Part shown: positions 18,339 to 28,004 of the stretch, one piece after another | Layout of the letters: each line of letters begins with the position of its first letter | Position numbering within the stretch: the first letter of the stretch is position 1 | Source of the DNA: an uncultured delta proteobacterium | Lineage (GTDB): Bacteria; Myxococcota; Myxococcia; Myxococcales; 40CM-4-68-19 | Assembly (NCBI GenBank): GCA_903911145.1 | Contig: CAIWCD010000015.1 | Span: forward strand, 1 to 64,000 | Length of the DNA: 64,000 bases | Reading direction: 5' to 3' | Translations under genes and position numbers: made by a program | Notes under the pieces: generated by a model | Told to the model about the DNA's origin: nothing | The model's input: the letters and a program-made list of their open reading frames with translations, nothing else | Databases searched by the model: none

Positions 18339-19739
18339 TCAGTACGCGTTTCGCGAGAACAGCACCGCGGCCATCGTGCGCGCGAGGATCTTGAGGTCGA
18401 GCCCGATCGACCAGTGCTCGATGTAATAGAGATCGAACTCGACGCGCTTCTGGATGCTGCTGTTGCCCCGCAGGTCGTGGATCTGCGCCCAGCCGGTCAT
18501 CCCCGCCTTCACCATGTGCCGCAGCTGGTAGCGCGGGATGCGGCGGCGAAACCGCTCGATGAAGATCGGCCGCTCTGGGCGCGGACCAACGAGGCTCATG
18601 TCGCCGCGAAGGACGTTGAGCAGTTGCGGCAACTCGTCGAGCGAGAGGCGACGAAGGAGAGCACCAATTGGCGTCGCGCGCGGATCTTTCGCCGTCGCGA
18701 ACGCAGCGCCCGCGGCCTCTGCGTCGGTGCGCATCGAGCGGAACTTGAGCATCTCGAACGCGGTGCCATCGAGTCCGACTCGCTCCTGCGCGAAGAAGAT
18801 CGGACCGGGCGAGCCGAGCTTGACCATTGCGGCGATGCAGAGAAACACAGGGGAGAGCACGAGCAGGATCAGCGACGCGAAGAGCAGATCGAAGGCCCGC
18901 TTGGCGATGGCGCTCAGGCCGAGGACGCCTGTGCTCTGCAGATTGACGATGGGCAGACCGCCGAACTCCTCGAGGCCGCCGAAGAGCGTCGCGTATTGGT
19001 AGACGTCGGGAACGAGCTTCACGTCGACCGTCGTGTCGGCGAGAACCTCCATCACGCGCGGGAGGTGATGCACCGCGCGCGACGGCAGCGCGACGAGCAC
19101 CTGGTCGACACCGCGGGTTGCGATGACGCTCTTGAGCGCGCGCAGCGTGCCGATCACCTCGACACCACCGACCGTCTCTCCGACTTTCTTCTTCGTCACC
19201 GAGAGCACGCCGATGGCGTGAAAACCCAGCTCCTTGTGCTCCTCGATCGCGTCGATCACTTGATGCGCAAGCCGTCCCGCTCCGAGGACCAGCACATACC
19301 GGCGGTTATACCCACGCGCACGCAGCGCCTGGAGGAGCTCCTTGAGGACGAAACGGACGAGCCCGACGCCGACGAACGCGAGGCCACTGAAGATGACGAG
19401 CATGCCGCGCGAGTAGCGTGACTCGCGCGTGAAGTAGGTCGCGACGACGAGCAGCCCGCCCGCCACCAGCATGGCTTTGAAGACAGAGAAGAGTTCGTCG
19501 AAGGCCGAACGCTGGCGCTGCGGGCGATAGAGGCCGGCAGCCCGCAGCGCGAACGGCCAGGCGACGAGGGCCATCGCGAACACCAGCATCGTGTCGTCGA
19601 ACCGCGGTAACTCGGCGAAGGGAAACGTGCGCGGCGAGCCGAAGCGAATGTGCCAGGCGCCGGCGAATGCGACCGCGACGATGGCGACATCGAGCAGGAC
19701 GCGGAGCGCGACGAAGAGTTGATGGTAGCGCTTGAACAC
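18339..19739 (-). CDS. Undecaprenyl-phosphate glucose phosphotransferase (WcaJ-like priming transferase)
   Basis: 4 TM, KRAFD, KFRSM, DELPQLLNVLRGDMSLVGPRPE, GMTGWAQ. Confidence 0.95.
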   Translation of the reverse strand: MFKRYHQLFVALRVLLDVAIVAVAFAGAWHIRFGSPRTFPFAELPRFDDTMLVFAMALVAWPFALRAAGLYRPQRQRSAFDELFSVFKAMLVAGGLLVVATYFTRESRYSRGMLVIFSGLAFVGVGLVRFVLKELLQALRARGYNRRYVLVLGAGRLAHQVIDAIEEHKELGFHAIGVLSVTKKKVGETVGGVEVIGTLRALKSVIATRGVDQVLVALPSRAVHHLPRVMEVLADTTVDVKLVPDVYQYATLFGGLEEFGGLPIVNLQSTGVLGLSAIAKRAFDLLFASLILLVLSPVFLCIAAMVKLGSPGPIFFAQERVGLDGTAFEMLKFRSMRTDAEAAGAAFATAKDPRATPIGALLRRLSLDELPQLLNVLRGDMSLVGPRPERPIFIERFRRRIPRYQLRHMVKAGMTGWAQIHDLRGNSSIQKRVEFDLYYIEHWSIGLDLKILARTMAAVLFSRNAY

Positions 19740-19790
19740 GGGGCGACGGGTTAGCAGCGCCAACGGCCGCGCACAAGCGGAGGTGGCGAA

Positions 19791-20930
19791 TCAGGCGAGC
19801 AGGCGCGCGAGCTGCGCGGCGAGTTCCTTCCCGAAACGATCCGCGGAGAACTGCTCCGCCCAGGTGCGCGTGGCCGCCGATTCGCTCTCGCGCGCGAGTC
19901 GATCGATCTCGGGCAAGGCATCGAGCAGAGACTCCTCGGTGGGCTCGGCGAAGAACTGGCCCGTCGGCGCTCCAGAAGAGTTCGCAGCATCGCGCACCGT
20001 CTCGAGTGCACCGCCGAGGCCGAGCGCGAGCACGGGCCGGCCGCAGCTCTGCGCCTCGACCGGCGCGATGCCGAAATCCTCTTCGCCGGGCAGAACGAAG
20101 AAGGCGGCGTGTTGAAACAGGCGGAGCAACTCGCCATCGCTCACCGCCCCGAGCAGTTGCACGGTCGGACCGGCGAGATTCGATAATTTCGATAATTCAG
20201 GACCACCGCCCGCGACGATCAGGCGCCGCCCGGCGCGGGTGAATGCGCGGACCGCGAGGTCGACGCGCTTGTAGGGAACGAGCGCGGAGACGATCAGCGC
20301 ATAGCCGCGGCTCGAGCGCTCTTCACTCGTAAGATTCGCGGCGGGAAGAAAGCGCGAGGTCTCAACGGGTGGATAGACGACGGCATCGGCGGCGCGGCCC
20401 CAGACGCGAGCGCAGCGCGCCGAGACGAAGCGACTGTTGGTGATGATGGCGTCGACGCGCGACGTGGACGCAACATCCCAGCGGCGCAGCACTGGAGCGA
20501 CCAGATGCGCTGCCATGCGCGTCGCCAGACCTGCGCGGCCCGGTCCGAAATAGGCCTCGAACTGATCCCAGATGTAGCGCATCGGCGTGTGGACGTAGCT
20601 GATGTGACGCGCGCCAGGAGCGGGCCGGCAGCCTTTTGCGACAGCGTGGCTGGTCGAGATGACCAGATCAAAACCGGAAAGATCGAGCGCCTCGATCGCG
20701 AGGGGGAACAGCGGCAGATAGCGTCGATAATGAACTTGCGAATTCGGTAATTTTTGCAAAATGCTGGTGTGGATTGGATGCGACTCGATCTGCGCGCCGA
20801 CGCTGCCTGGGAGGTGGACCAGCGTGAAGATCTCTGCGTCGGGATAGAGCGCGCAGAGTGCAGCGAGAACCTTTTCGCCGCCACGATATCCGGTCAGCCA
20901 GTCGTGGACGAGCGCGACGCGTTGGCTCAC
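19791..20930 (-). CDS. Glycosyltransferase family 4
   Basis: VALVHDWLTGYRGGEKV, EDFGIAPVEAQSCG. Confidence 0.93.
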   Translation of the reverse strand: MSQRVALVHDWLTGYRGGEKVLAALCALYPDAEIFTLVHLPGSVGAQIESHPIHTSILQKLPNSQVHYRRYLPLFPLAIEALDLSGFDLVISTSHAVAKGCRPAPGARHISYVHTPMRYIWDQFEAYFGPGRAGLATRMAAHLVAPVLRRWDVASTSRVDAIITNSRFVSARCARVWGRAADAVVYPPVETSRFLPAANLTSEERSSRGYALIVSALVPYKRVDLAVRAFTRAGRRLIVAGGGPELSKLSNLAGPTVQLLGAVSDGELLRLFQHAAFFVLPGEEDFGIAPVEAQSCGRPVLALGLGGALETVRDAANSSGAPTGQFFAEPTEESLLDALPEIDRLARESESAATRTWAEQFSADRFGKELAAQLARLLA

Positions 20931-22075
20931 GGCGACTCCGCGGCCGCGCGATAGAGCGCGAGATGTTCGCGCGCGCTCTTCTCCCAGCTGAACGCGGCCG
21001 CGCGAAGCTTCCCTCGCGCTGAGAGCGCAGCGCGCAGGTCCGGCTCGCGCGCAAGACGAAGCAATGAGCCGGAGAGCGCGTCGCAATCTCCTCGCGGAGA
21101 GACCAGCGCCGCACCAGACGCGACTTCCACGAGCGCAGGATCGTCCGAGATCGCGCAGGGCAAGCCGCAGGCAAGCGCTTCGAGCAGCGGCAACCCGAAC
21201 CCCTCGTAGATCGAGGGCAGCACGAGCGCCGTCGCGTGGCGATAGAGACCGGGCAGATCGTCCGGGCGTGTGTAGCCGAGTTGAACGACGCGACCTGCGC
21301 GCGACCGCGTGAGGCGCGACGCGAGCGCGGAATCGATCCGATCGGGAGGCCCGGCGAGCACGAGAGGATGCGCGCTCGACACAGCCGACGGGAGCGCGTC
21401 GTAGGCATCGAGCAGCGTGGGCAGGCCCTTGCGTGGCTCGAGTGCACCAACGAACAGGAGGTAGCCAGCCGACACTCCCATCTGAACGAGGGCGTGCGGC
21501 CGCGGCGCATCGGCAACGCGCGCGCGAAAATCCGCATCGACGCCGTGGTGGATCGCAACGACGCGATCGCGTGAGAGGCCGAGCAAGTCGATGAGCTGGG
21601 TGGCGACCGCCTCCGTGGGCGCGATCACGCGCGAGGCGCGCCCGGCCCGCACCCGCAGTGCGCGAGCGAAGTGGTGCGCACGCGCGGCCTCCTGCGTTTC
21701 GCGGAACAGCAGCGTGCAGAGGTCGTGAACCGTCAGCACCGTAGGCAGACTCGACCAGGGAGCTGCGTGGTTGGTCTCGTGGAAGAGATCGAGCTGGTGC
21801 TGGCGACGTGCGCGCACGAGCGCTGCCGAGCGCGCCAACTGCGCCGCGACATACCCTCCGGGCAAGACCTTGGCCGTCGCGCGAACCGCTCCCAGCAAGG
21901 CCCCGCGCGCGATCGGCGCTGCATTCAGATCGCCGCTCGGGCCCGACAGTGGATGCAGTTCAAACGTGCTGCGCTCCGCAATGTTCGCAAGCCCGCCGAG
22001 CAGGCCTGCGATATAGCGACCCACGCCGGTGCGCGGGGCGAGCAGAGGAGCGGCGTTGATTCCGATGGAGAGCAA
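20927..22075 (-). CDS. Glycosyltransferase family 4
   Basis: TGVGRY, TVHDL, EPRKG, EGFGLPLLEALACG. Confidence 0.93.
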   Translation of the reverse strand: MLSIGINAAPLLAPRTGVGRYIAGLLGGLANIAERSTFELHPLSGPSGDLNAAPIARGALLGAVRATAKVLPGGYVAAQLARSAALVRARRQHQLDLFHETNHAAPWSSLPTVLTVHDLCTLLFRETQEAARAHHFARALRVRAGRASRVIAPTEAVATQLIDLLGLSRDRVVAIHHGVDADFRARVADAPRPHALVQMGVSAGYLLFVGALEPRKGLPTLLDAYDALPSAVSSAHPLVLAGPPDRIDSALASRLTRSRAGRVVQLGYTRPDDLPGLYRHATALVLPSIYEGFGLPLLEALACGLPCAISDDPALVEVASGAALVSPRGDCDALSGSLLRLAREPDLRAALSARGKLRAAAFSWEKSAREHLALYRAAAESP

Positions 22076-23012
22076 GCGGGCGCAGGAGATAACACGCCCG
22101 CGCGTTCACGCCATCGTCGTGAACTGGAACGGCGCGGCACTGCTGTCTCCATGCCTGGCGGCACTCCTCGCGCAGGAGGGGGCGTTCGATCTGCATGTGG
22201 TGGTCGTTGACAACGGCTCGACCGACAATTCGCCGGAGTTGCTCGCGCGAGATTTCCGGGACGTCGTCGAGACGATCTCTCTCGAGGAGAACATCGGTTA
22301 CGGGCGCGCGAACAACGTGGCGCTTGAGCGAGCGCTCGGTTCCGGCGCGGAGTTCGCGCTGCTGGTCAACAACGACGTCGAGTTGGCGCCCGGCTATCTT
22401 GCGACGCTCCTCGATGCCGCGCGTGCGCAGCCGCAAGCCGCGCTCCTTACGGGCACACTGCTCTTTCGCGAGCGGCACGAAGGAGTCGAGTCAGTGAACT
22501 CGACGGGCCTGACCATCGACTGGTTCGGCCGCGCGCGCGATCGCGATTTCCTCGTCCCTCTCTCGGTACTGCAGCGCGCAGACGGCGTTGTCGACGGAGT
22601 CAGCGGAGGCGCCGCCCTTCTCCGCTGCTCCTTGCTCGCCCGGTTCGGACTCTTTGATCCCGATTACTTCGCGTATTACGAAGACGTCGATCTCTCTCTG
22701 CGCGCGCGGGCCGCTGGATATCTCTGCTGGTATGCGCGGGCCGCGACGGCGCATCACCGATTCGGCGCGACCTTCAAGGCCGGCTCTGCGCAGCAGCGCT
22801 ATCTGCTCGGGAGAAACCATCTGCGCACGGCTGCGCGGCATCTGCCTGAACTGCGCGCGGCCGCGGTGGTGGCGGGCACGGCGCTCTACCGCGTCGGCGT
22901 CAAGGCTCCGCGAGAACTCGTCCGGGGGCGGTTCGATCTTGCCGCAGCCGAGCTGCGCGCGACCGGAGGAGGACTGCTCGCTGCTGCGCGTGCATGGAGA
23001 TTGCGGCGCTAG
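22065..23012 (+). CDS. Glycosyltransferase family 2
   Basis: IVVNWN, VVDNGSTD, NIGYGRANN, NND, FAYYEDVD. Confidence 0.92.
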   Translation: MESKRAQEITRPRVHAIVVNWNGAALLSPCLAALLAQEGAFDLHVVVVDNGSTDNSPELLARDFRDVVETISLEENIGYGRANNVALERALGSGAEFALLVNNDVELAPGYLATLLDAARAQPQAALLTGTLLFRERHEGVESVNSTGLTIDWFGRARDRDFLVPLSVLQRADGVVDGVSGGAALLRCSLLARFGLFDPDYFAYYEDVDLSLRARAAGYLCWYARAATAHHRFGATFKAGSAQQRYLLGRNHLRTAARHLPELRAAAVVAGTALYRVGVKAPRELVRGRFDLAAAELRATGGGLLAAARAWRLRR

Positions 23013-23013
23013 T

Positions 23014-24546
23014 TCAAACAGTCGCTTCGCCGCGCCGCAGCCACTTCGGCACCATCCAGATCAGAGCAACGAACAGAAGCAGCAGGCCGACGAAGTATCC
23101 CTCGGCATATCCGCGATTCAGATGTTGATAGAGATAGAAGCAGGCGAATATCGCGTGCAGCCCGATGAGCGCAGCGAGCGAGCCGCGCTTGCCCTCATCG
23201 TCGCGCAGCGTCCAGACAAGGGCCGGCAGCGCGAGCATGTTCCAATAGTAGGCATTGACGATCAGCCAGACATAGACGAGCAGCGGACCGATGGCGAGCG
23301 CCTCCAGTTCCGTCGCGTTCGCGAGCGCGAGCGCCACCAGCGCGGTCAGGATGAGTTGCGCGAAAAGCATCCCGCCGTGATCTTGGTCGATCGCCACATC
23401 GGCCCGGCCCTGCTTGATCTCGCGCGGGACGAACAGTCCATCGGAGATCTCTGCGACGCTGCTCTCGGCGAACTGGAGGAAGACGGTGTGGAACGAATAT
23501 TGGTTTGAATAGAACTTCTCGTGCTGCGCGACGGAGATGCGCCCAGCGTAGTTGCGCCAGATCGACGGGCCACCGAACATCGAGGAGGAGACGACGACAC
23601 AGAGTGCGATTGAGGCCGCGCCGCCGACGCCGAAGCGCACGATGCGCGGATCGACTTTGCGCGTGCGCACGAGTTCCGCGAGCGCCTTGAAGATGAGGCC
23701 GACGCCGAAGAAGAGCGGGAAGAGTTTCGACGCGACGGCGTAGCCGAGAAATGCGCCCGAGATGGCTGGGCGCTTGCGCTGCCAGAAGACGAGGCAGAGG
23801 CCGAGTGCGAAGAGCCAATCCCAGCGCAGAAAACTTCCCGAGAGATAGTCAAACGAGAATGGCGTGAGCGACCAGATCGTCAACGAGACGCTCGTCGCGC
23901 GCAGGCCGAACGTCCGCCAGAACATCGCGAAGAGCGCGAGCATCAGGACCGGATCGATGAGGCCCATCGCGGTCTGGCCGCTGCGCGAGATGCCGGTGAG
24001 GTACGAAATCGGCGCGGCGAAGATGGCCCACGCGGGCGAGCCGCTGTTGCCGTGATCGTCGATCACCTGCGCCCAGATTGAATCTCCGTGCGCGAGCGTT
24101 TCCCAGTCCGTTTTGAATGCGGCCCATCTCTCGTCGCTGAACTGTGCGCGCACACGCGAGGCGTCTGAGAGCGCGACGGGAATCGAGACGTCGTCGAAGG
24201 TGGAGAGATCGCGCGTCCGCTGTGCACCGCCGAGCACGTGGGCACTCTCGGCGTCGGCGATCAGTGTCGCCTTGTAGAGATCGAAATAGCCGACCTCGCG
24301 CAGATACTTCGAGCCGAAGAAGAAGTGGTACTGCTCCCAGCGATGAACGAGTCCGCCGCCGCCGCGCAGCGCACCGAAATTCGTCCAGGCGAATACGGAA
24401 AGCGCCGCCACGAGCACGAAGGCGATGTTCAGCTTGCGCGTCCGCGGAGCGTCATCCTTGCGCACGAGGCGCGAGATCACGAGCAGCGCGACGCTCGCCT
24501 CAAGAAGAACGATGCGCAAAATCCCGGCGATGAAGTGATTCATCAT
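23014..24546 (-). CDS. Polytopic membrane protein, GT-C fold-like (GT87/DUF2029-like) glycosyltransferase candidate
   Basis: About 11 TM segments, large loop after TM2, SGAFLGYAVASKLFP motif; lies beside the glycosyltransferase genes. Confidence 0.55.
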   Translation of the reverse strand: MMNHFIAGILRIVLLEASVALLVISRLVRKDDAPRTRKLNIAFVLVAALSVFAWTNFGALRGGGGLVHRWEQYHFFFGSKYLREVGYFDLYKATLIADAESAHVLGGAQRTRDLSTFDDVSIPVALSDASRVRAQFSDERWAAFKTDWETLAHGDSIWAQVIDDHGNSGSPAWAIFAAPISYLTGISRSGQTAMGLIDPVLMLALFAMFWRTFGLRATSVSLTIWSLTPFSFDYLSGSFLRWDWLFALGLCLVFWQRKRPAISGAFLGYAVASKLFPLFFGVGLIFKALAELVRTRKVDPRIVRFGVGGAASIALCVVVSSSMFGGPSIWRNYAGRISVAQHEKFYSNQYSFHTVFLQFAESSVAEISDGLFVPREIKQGRADVAIDQDHGGMLFAQLILTALVALALANATELEALAIGPLLVYVWLIVNAYYWNMLALPALVWTLRDDEGKRGSLAALIGLHAIFACFYLYQHLNRGYAEGYFVGLLLLFVALIWMVPKWLRRGEATV

Positions 24547-24564
24547 GCGAACACCTCTCGCCCG

Positions 24565-25179
24565 TCAGCGCATCTTCTGGCGCAGCGCTCCCGCGACCAT
24601 CTCGATCGCGATGTCATTGTTGCCGCCGTGCGGAATGATGATGTCCGCGTATCGCTTGCTCGGCTCGACGAAGCCCAGGTGCATCGGGCGCACAGTGCGG
24701 AAGTACTGCTCCATCACGCCGTCGAAATCGCGGCCGCGCTCCTTGATGTCGCGCGAGAGGCGGCGCAGCACGCGGACGTCGTCGTCGGAGTCGACGAACA
24801 CCTTCACGTCGAGGAGCTTGCGCACCGGCTCGAGAGAGAGGACGAGGATCCCCTCGATGATCAGCGCGTCGCCAGGGCTGACGTGGACGCTCTCGGCCGT
24901 TCGCGAATGCGCGGTGAAACTGTAGATGGGCTTCTGGATCGCCCGGCCCGCCTGCAGTTCCGCGATGTGCGAGACGAAGAGATCGGTGTCGAACGCGTCG
25001 GGGTGATCGAAGTTGAACGCGCGGCGTTCATCGAGCGGCGTGTCCGACAGGTCCCGATAGTACGAGTCCTGATCGAGAAACGCGATGGGGTGACCTGCGA
25101 GCCGTTCGACGAGCCGACGAGCCACGGTGGTCTTCCCACTCGCGGTTCCTCCGGCGATTCCGATGGTGAGTGGGCGCAC
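24565..25179 (-). CDS. udk: Uridine kinase
   Basis: IGIAGGTASGKTT, QDSYY, NFDHPDAFD, RRLSRDIKERGR, EPSKRYAD. Confidence 0.97.
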   Translation of the reverse strand: MRPLTIGIAGGTASGKTTVARRLVERLAGHPIAFLDQDSYYRDLSDTPLDERRAFNFDHPDAFDTDLFVSHIAELQAGRAIQKPIYSFTAHSRTAESVHVSPGDALIIEGILVLSLEPVRKLLDVKVFVDSDDDVRVLRRLSRDIKERGRDFDGVMEQYFRTVRPMHLGFVEPSKRYADIIIPHGGNNDIAIEMVAGALRQKMR

Positions 25180-25316
25180 GAGGCGGTCGTGTAGGGGGTC
25201 GGGTGGCATTGCGTCAAGTCACGACTGCGCAAAGCCATGCGTGGCGCGGGTTTCACGAACGACGCTGCGATCCTTCTTGCCTCGACAGATCGCTTCCGCG
25301 AGGATGCGCCGCACCG

Positions 25317-28004
25317 ATGGCCACCGATTCAGATGAGCTCAAGCAGGTCGCCGCGGAGGCCGACGACATCGCGCGGAATGTCTCGCAGCGGCTCGGCACT
25401 GCGCACCTCTTGCTGGCGCTGTTCACGTTCGAGAACGATGCCGATCGCCTGCTGCGTGAGCGGGGCCTGAGCGAAGACGAGGTGCTCTCGCTGCTCGCGA
25501 AGGCGGGCAAGTCTCCAGAGGAGCCGGAAGGTCTTGTCAGCCAGGCACTCGCGCGCGCACGCCAACTCGCCGACGACTGCGTGCACGAAAAGACCGATGC
25601 GCTGCATCTGCTCGTCGCGCTCACTCGCCTTCCCCGCTCGGCAGCCACGACACTGCTCGAGCGCGCGGCCGCGCCAGTGGCCAACTTGCGCACTGCCGCG
25701 CTCGCTCGCCTGACCGGGCCGTTGCGAAAGCGAGCGTCCCGCGATGAGCCCGTCTACGAACCGGCGCGCGCTCCGCTCGCTCGCGATCCACGTCGTGAAC
25801 CTCTGCATTCGCACGTCGCGCCGCTCGCCTCGCGCGGACCTGCTGCGCTCGGATCGATTCCGCAGCCGGCCCTCTCGCACGGGCCGCGCACAGCTGTGAC
25901 CGAGGCCCCGTTGCCGCGTGCACACGGGCTCTCCGATTCATCCGCACCGCAGTCTCTCGACGGACGATCGGCCTCGTTCGGAGCGCCCGATCTGCGCAAT
26001 CTCAGCGAGGGGGCCGTGCGTCCATCGCGCATTGGACTTCACGAATCGCGCGGACCGTCTGGTTCCCCCAGTGTCGCGCCTGATGCGGGTGGCCGATTCG
26101 CGCTCGATCCGCAGAAGTATCCCTGGCTCGCCACGCACGGACGCAATCTCTCGCAGCTTGCGGCGGCGGGAACGCTCGACGCAGCGATCGGTCGCGAGGC
26201 AGAGGTCGAGGAGGTTCTCGACATTCTCGGCAAGAGGCGCGCGAACAATCCTGTGCTCGTCGGCGAACCAGGCGTCGGAAAGACCGCGATCGTCGAAGGC
26301 CTCGCGCTCCGCCTCGCGGAGTTGGCGCAAACCGCAGCGGGCCCAGCGCGCGTGGGAGATGCGCAGCCGTTCGACCGCATCATCGTTGAGCTGGACGTCG
26401 GCGGGATGGTCGCCGGCACGGCGCTGCGCGGCTCCTTCAGCGAGCGGCTCCTCGGGATCAAGGAAGATGTGAAGCGCGCAGATGGGCGCGTGATTGTCTT
26501 CATCGACGAGCTGCACATGCTCATCGGCGCCGGCAGCACGGGCGAGGGGCCGCAGGACGCGGCCAATGAGCTCAAGGCAGCGCTCGCGCGCGGCGAGTTT
26601 CCCTGCATCGGCGCAACCACGCATGACGAGTTTCGCAAGCACATCCAGGGCGACCCGGCGCTCGAGCGGCGCTTCGTTCCCGTGCTCGTGCGCGAACCTT
26701 CGGCGCGACAGGCTCTGCGAATTCTCGAGGGTGCAGCTCCTCGATACCAGGCGCACCATGGCGTGCATTTCTCTGCCGATGCGCTCGAGGCCGCGTGCCG
26801 CATGACCGCGCGATACGTGCGCGATCGGTTTCTTCCCGACAAGGCCTTCGCCGCGATCGATCTTGCCGGCTCCCGGGCGCGGCGCGAGGGAAAGATCGAA
26901 GTCGATCACGATGACATCGCGCGCGCAGTGGCGCGGATGGCGGGAATTCCAGAGGAGCGACTGCTGCAGCCCGATGGCGAGCGGTTCCTCACACTCGAGC
27001 GTCGCCTCTCCGAGCGCATCGTCGGACACGAGCGTGCGCTCAGTTCGCTCGCGCGCGTGCTGCGCCGCAACTGCGCCGGGTTCGCCGGACAGCGCCCGCT
27101 CGCCTCGCTGCTCTTCGCCGGCCCGAGCGGCGTCGGCAAGACAGAGACCGCCAAGGTGCTCGCAGAGGAGCTCTTCCCCGCGGTCGACGCGAGCGGCACA
27201 GCGAGAAGCGGCGCGCTCGTGCGCCTCGATCTCTCGGAGTTCAGCGAGCCGCACAGCGTCTCGCGTCTCGTCGGCGCGGCGCCCGGCTACGTCGGATACG
27301 GCGAAGGCGGTCTGCTCACGGAGCCAGTGCGGCGCAACCCGGCCTGCGTCGTTCTCCTCGATGAAGCGGAGAAGGCCCACCCGGCCGTGCTCCAGCTGCT
27401 GCTTCAAGTCCTTGACGAAGGCCAGCTCACCGACGGCCGCGGCCGCCGCGTCGATTTCACGGCCGCGGTGATTGTCCTGACAAGCAACGCGGGCGCAGCA
27501 GCGTTCGGAGGCACAGGGCGGCCCGCTGGCTTCGCGGCCCAACCGAGAGAATCGCTCGAGGCCGCTCCTGGCGCGGTCGATCCGCTTGCGCTCACGTTGC
27601 CGCCTGAGCCGTCGGAGCACCCGCAGTCCGCACGCGCACTCGAGATGGCGCGCGGAACTTTCGCGCCTGAACTCTGGAGCCGCTTCGACGAGCGGCTGAT
27701 CTTCGCTCCACTCTCGCGCGAGCAGGTCGCCCGCGTCGCACAGCTGCTGCTCGCCGAATCCTCTCGCCGACTCTGGGACGAGCGACGGATCGCGTTTCGC
27801 ACAGGCCCCGGCCTCGTCGAAGCACTCGTGCAGGCGGGCGGGTTTCTTCCCGCGCTCGGCGCCCGTCCGATGCGGCAGGCCATCGAGCGGATGGTCGAAT
27901 CACCGCTCGCCGATGAGATCCTCTCGGGCCGCGTGAAGAGCGGAGACCGGCTGCTGGCGCTGGCGAGCGCATCGGGCATCGAGTTTAGAAGAGAGCAGCC
28001 GTGA
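25317..28004 (+). CDS. Clp/Hsp100 ATPase (ClpA/C-like, two AAA+ modules, no middle domain)
   Basis: Clp-N repeats, GEPGVGKT/FIDE, ALERRF, LPDKA, GPSGVGKT/LLDE, GYVGY pore loop, GARP. Confidence 0.93.
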   Translation: MATDSDELKQVAAEADDIARNVSQRLGTAHLLLALFTFENDADRLLRERGLSEDEVLSLLAKAGKSPEEPEGLVSQALARARQLADDCVHEKTDALHLLVALTRLPRSAATTLLERAAAPVANLRTAALARLTGPLRKRASRDEPVYEPARAPLARDPRREPLHSHVAPLASRGPAALGSIPQPALSHGPRTAVTEAPLPRAHGLSDSSAPQSLDGRSASFGAPDLRNLSEGAVRPSRIGLHESRGPSGSPSVAPDAGGRFALDPQKYPWLATHGRNLSQLAAAGTLDAAIGREAEVEEVLDILGKRRANNPVLVGEPGVGKTAIVEGLALRLAELAQTAAGPARVGDAQPFDRIIVELDVGGMVAGTALRGSFSERLLGIKEDVKRADGRVIVFIDELHMLIGAGSTGEGPQDAANELKAALARGEFPCIGATTHDEFRKHIQGDPALERRFVPVLVREPSARQALRILEGAAPRYQAHHGVHFSADALEAACRMTARYVRDRFLPDKAFAAIDLAGSRARREGKIEVDHDDIARAVARMAGIPEERLLQPDGERFLTLERRLSERIVGHERALSSLARVLRRNCAGFAGQRPLASLLFAGPSGVGKTETAKVLAEELFPAVDASGTARSGALVRLDLSEFSEPHSVSRLVGAAPGYVGYGEGGLLTEPVRRNPACVVLLDEAEKAHPAVLQLLLQVLDEGQLTDGRGRRVDFTAAVIVLTSNAGAAAFGGTGRPAGFAAQPRESLEAAPGAVDPLALTLPPEPSEHPQSARALEMARGTFAPELWSRFDERLIFAPLSREQVARVAQLLLAESSRRLWDERRIAFRTGPGLVEALVQAGGFLPALGARPMRQAIERMVESPLADEILSGRVKSGDRLLALASASGIEFRREQP

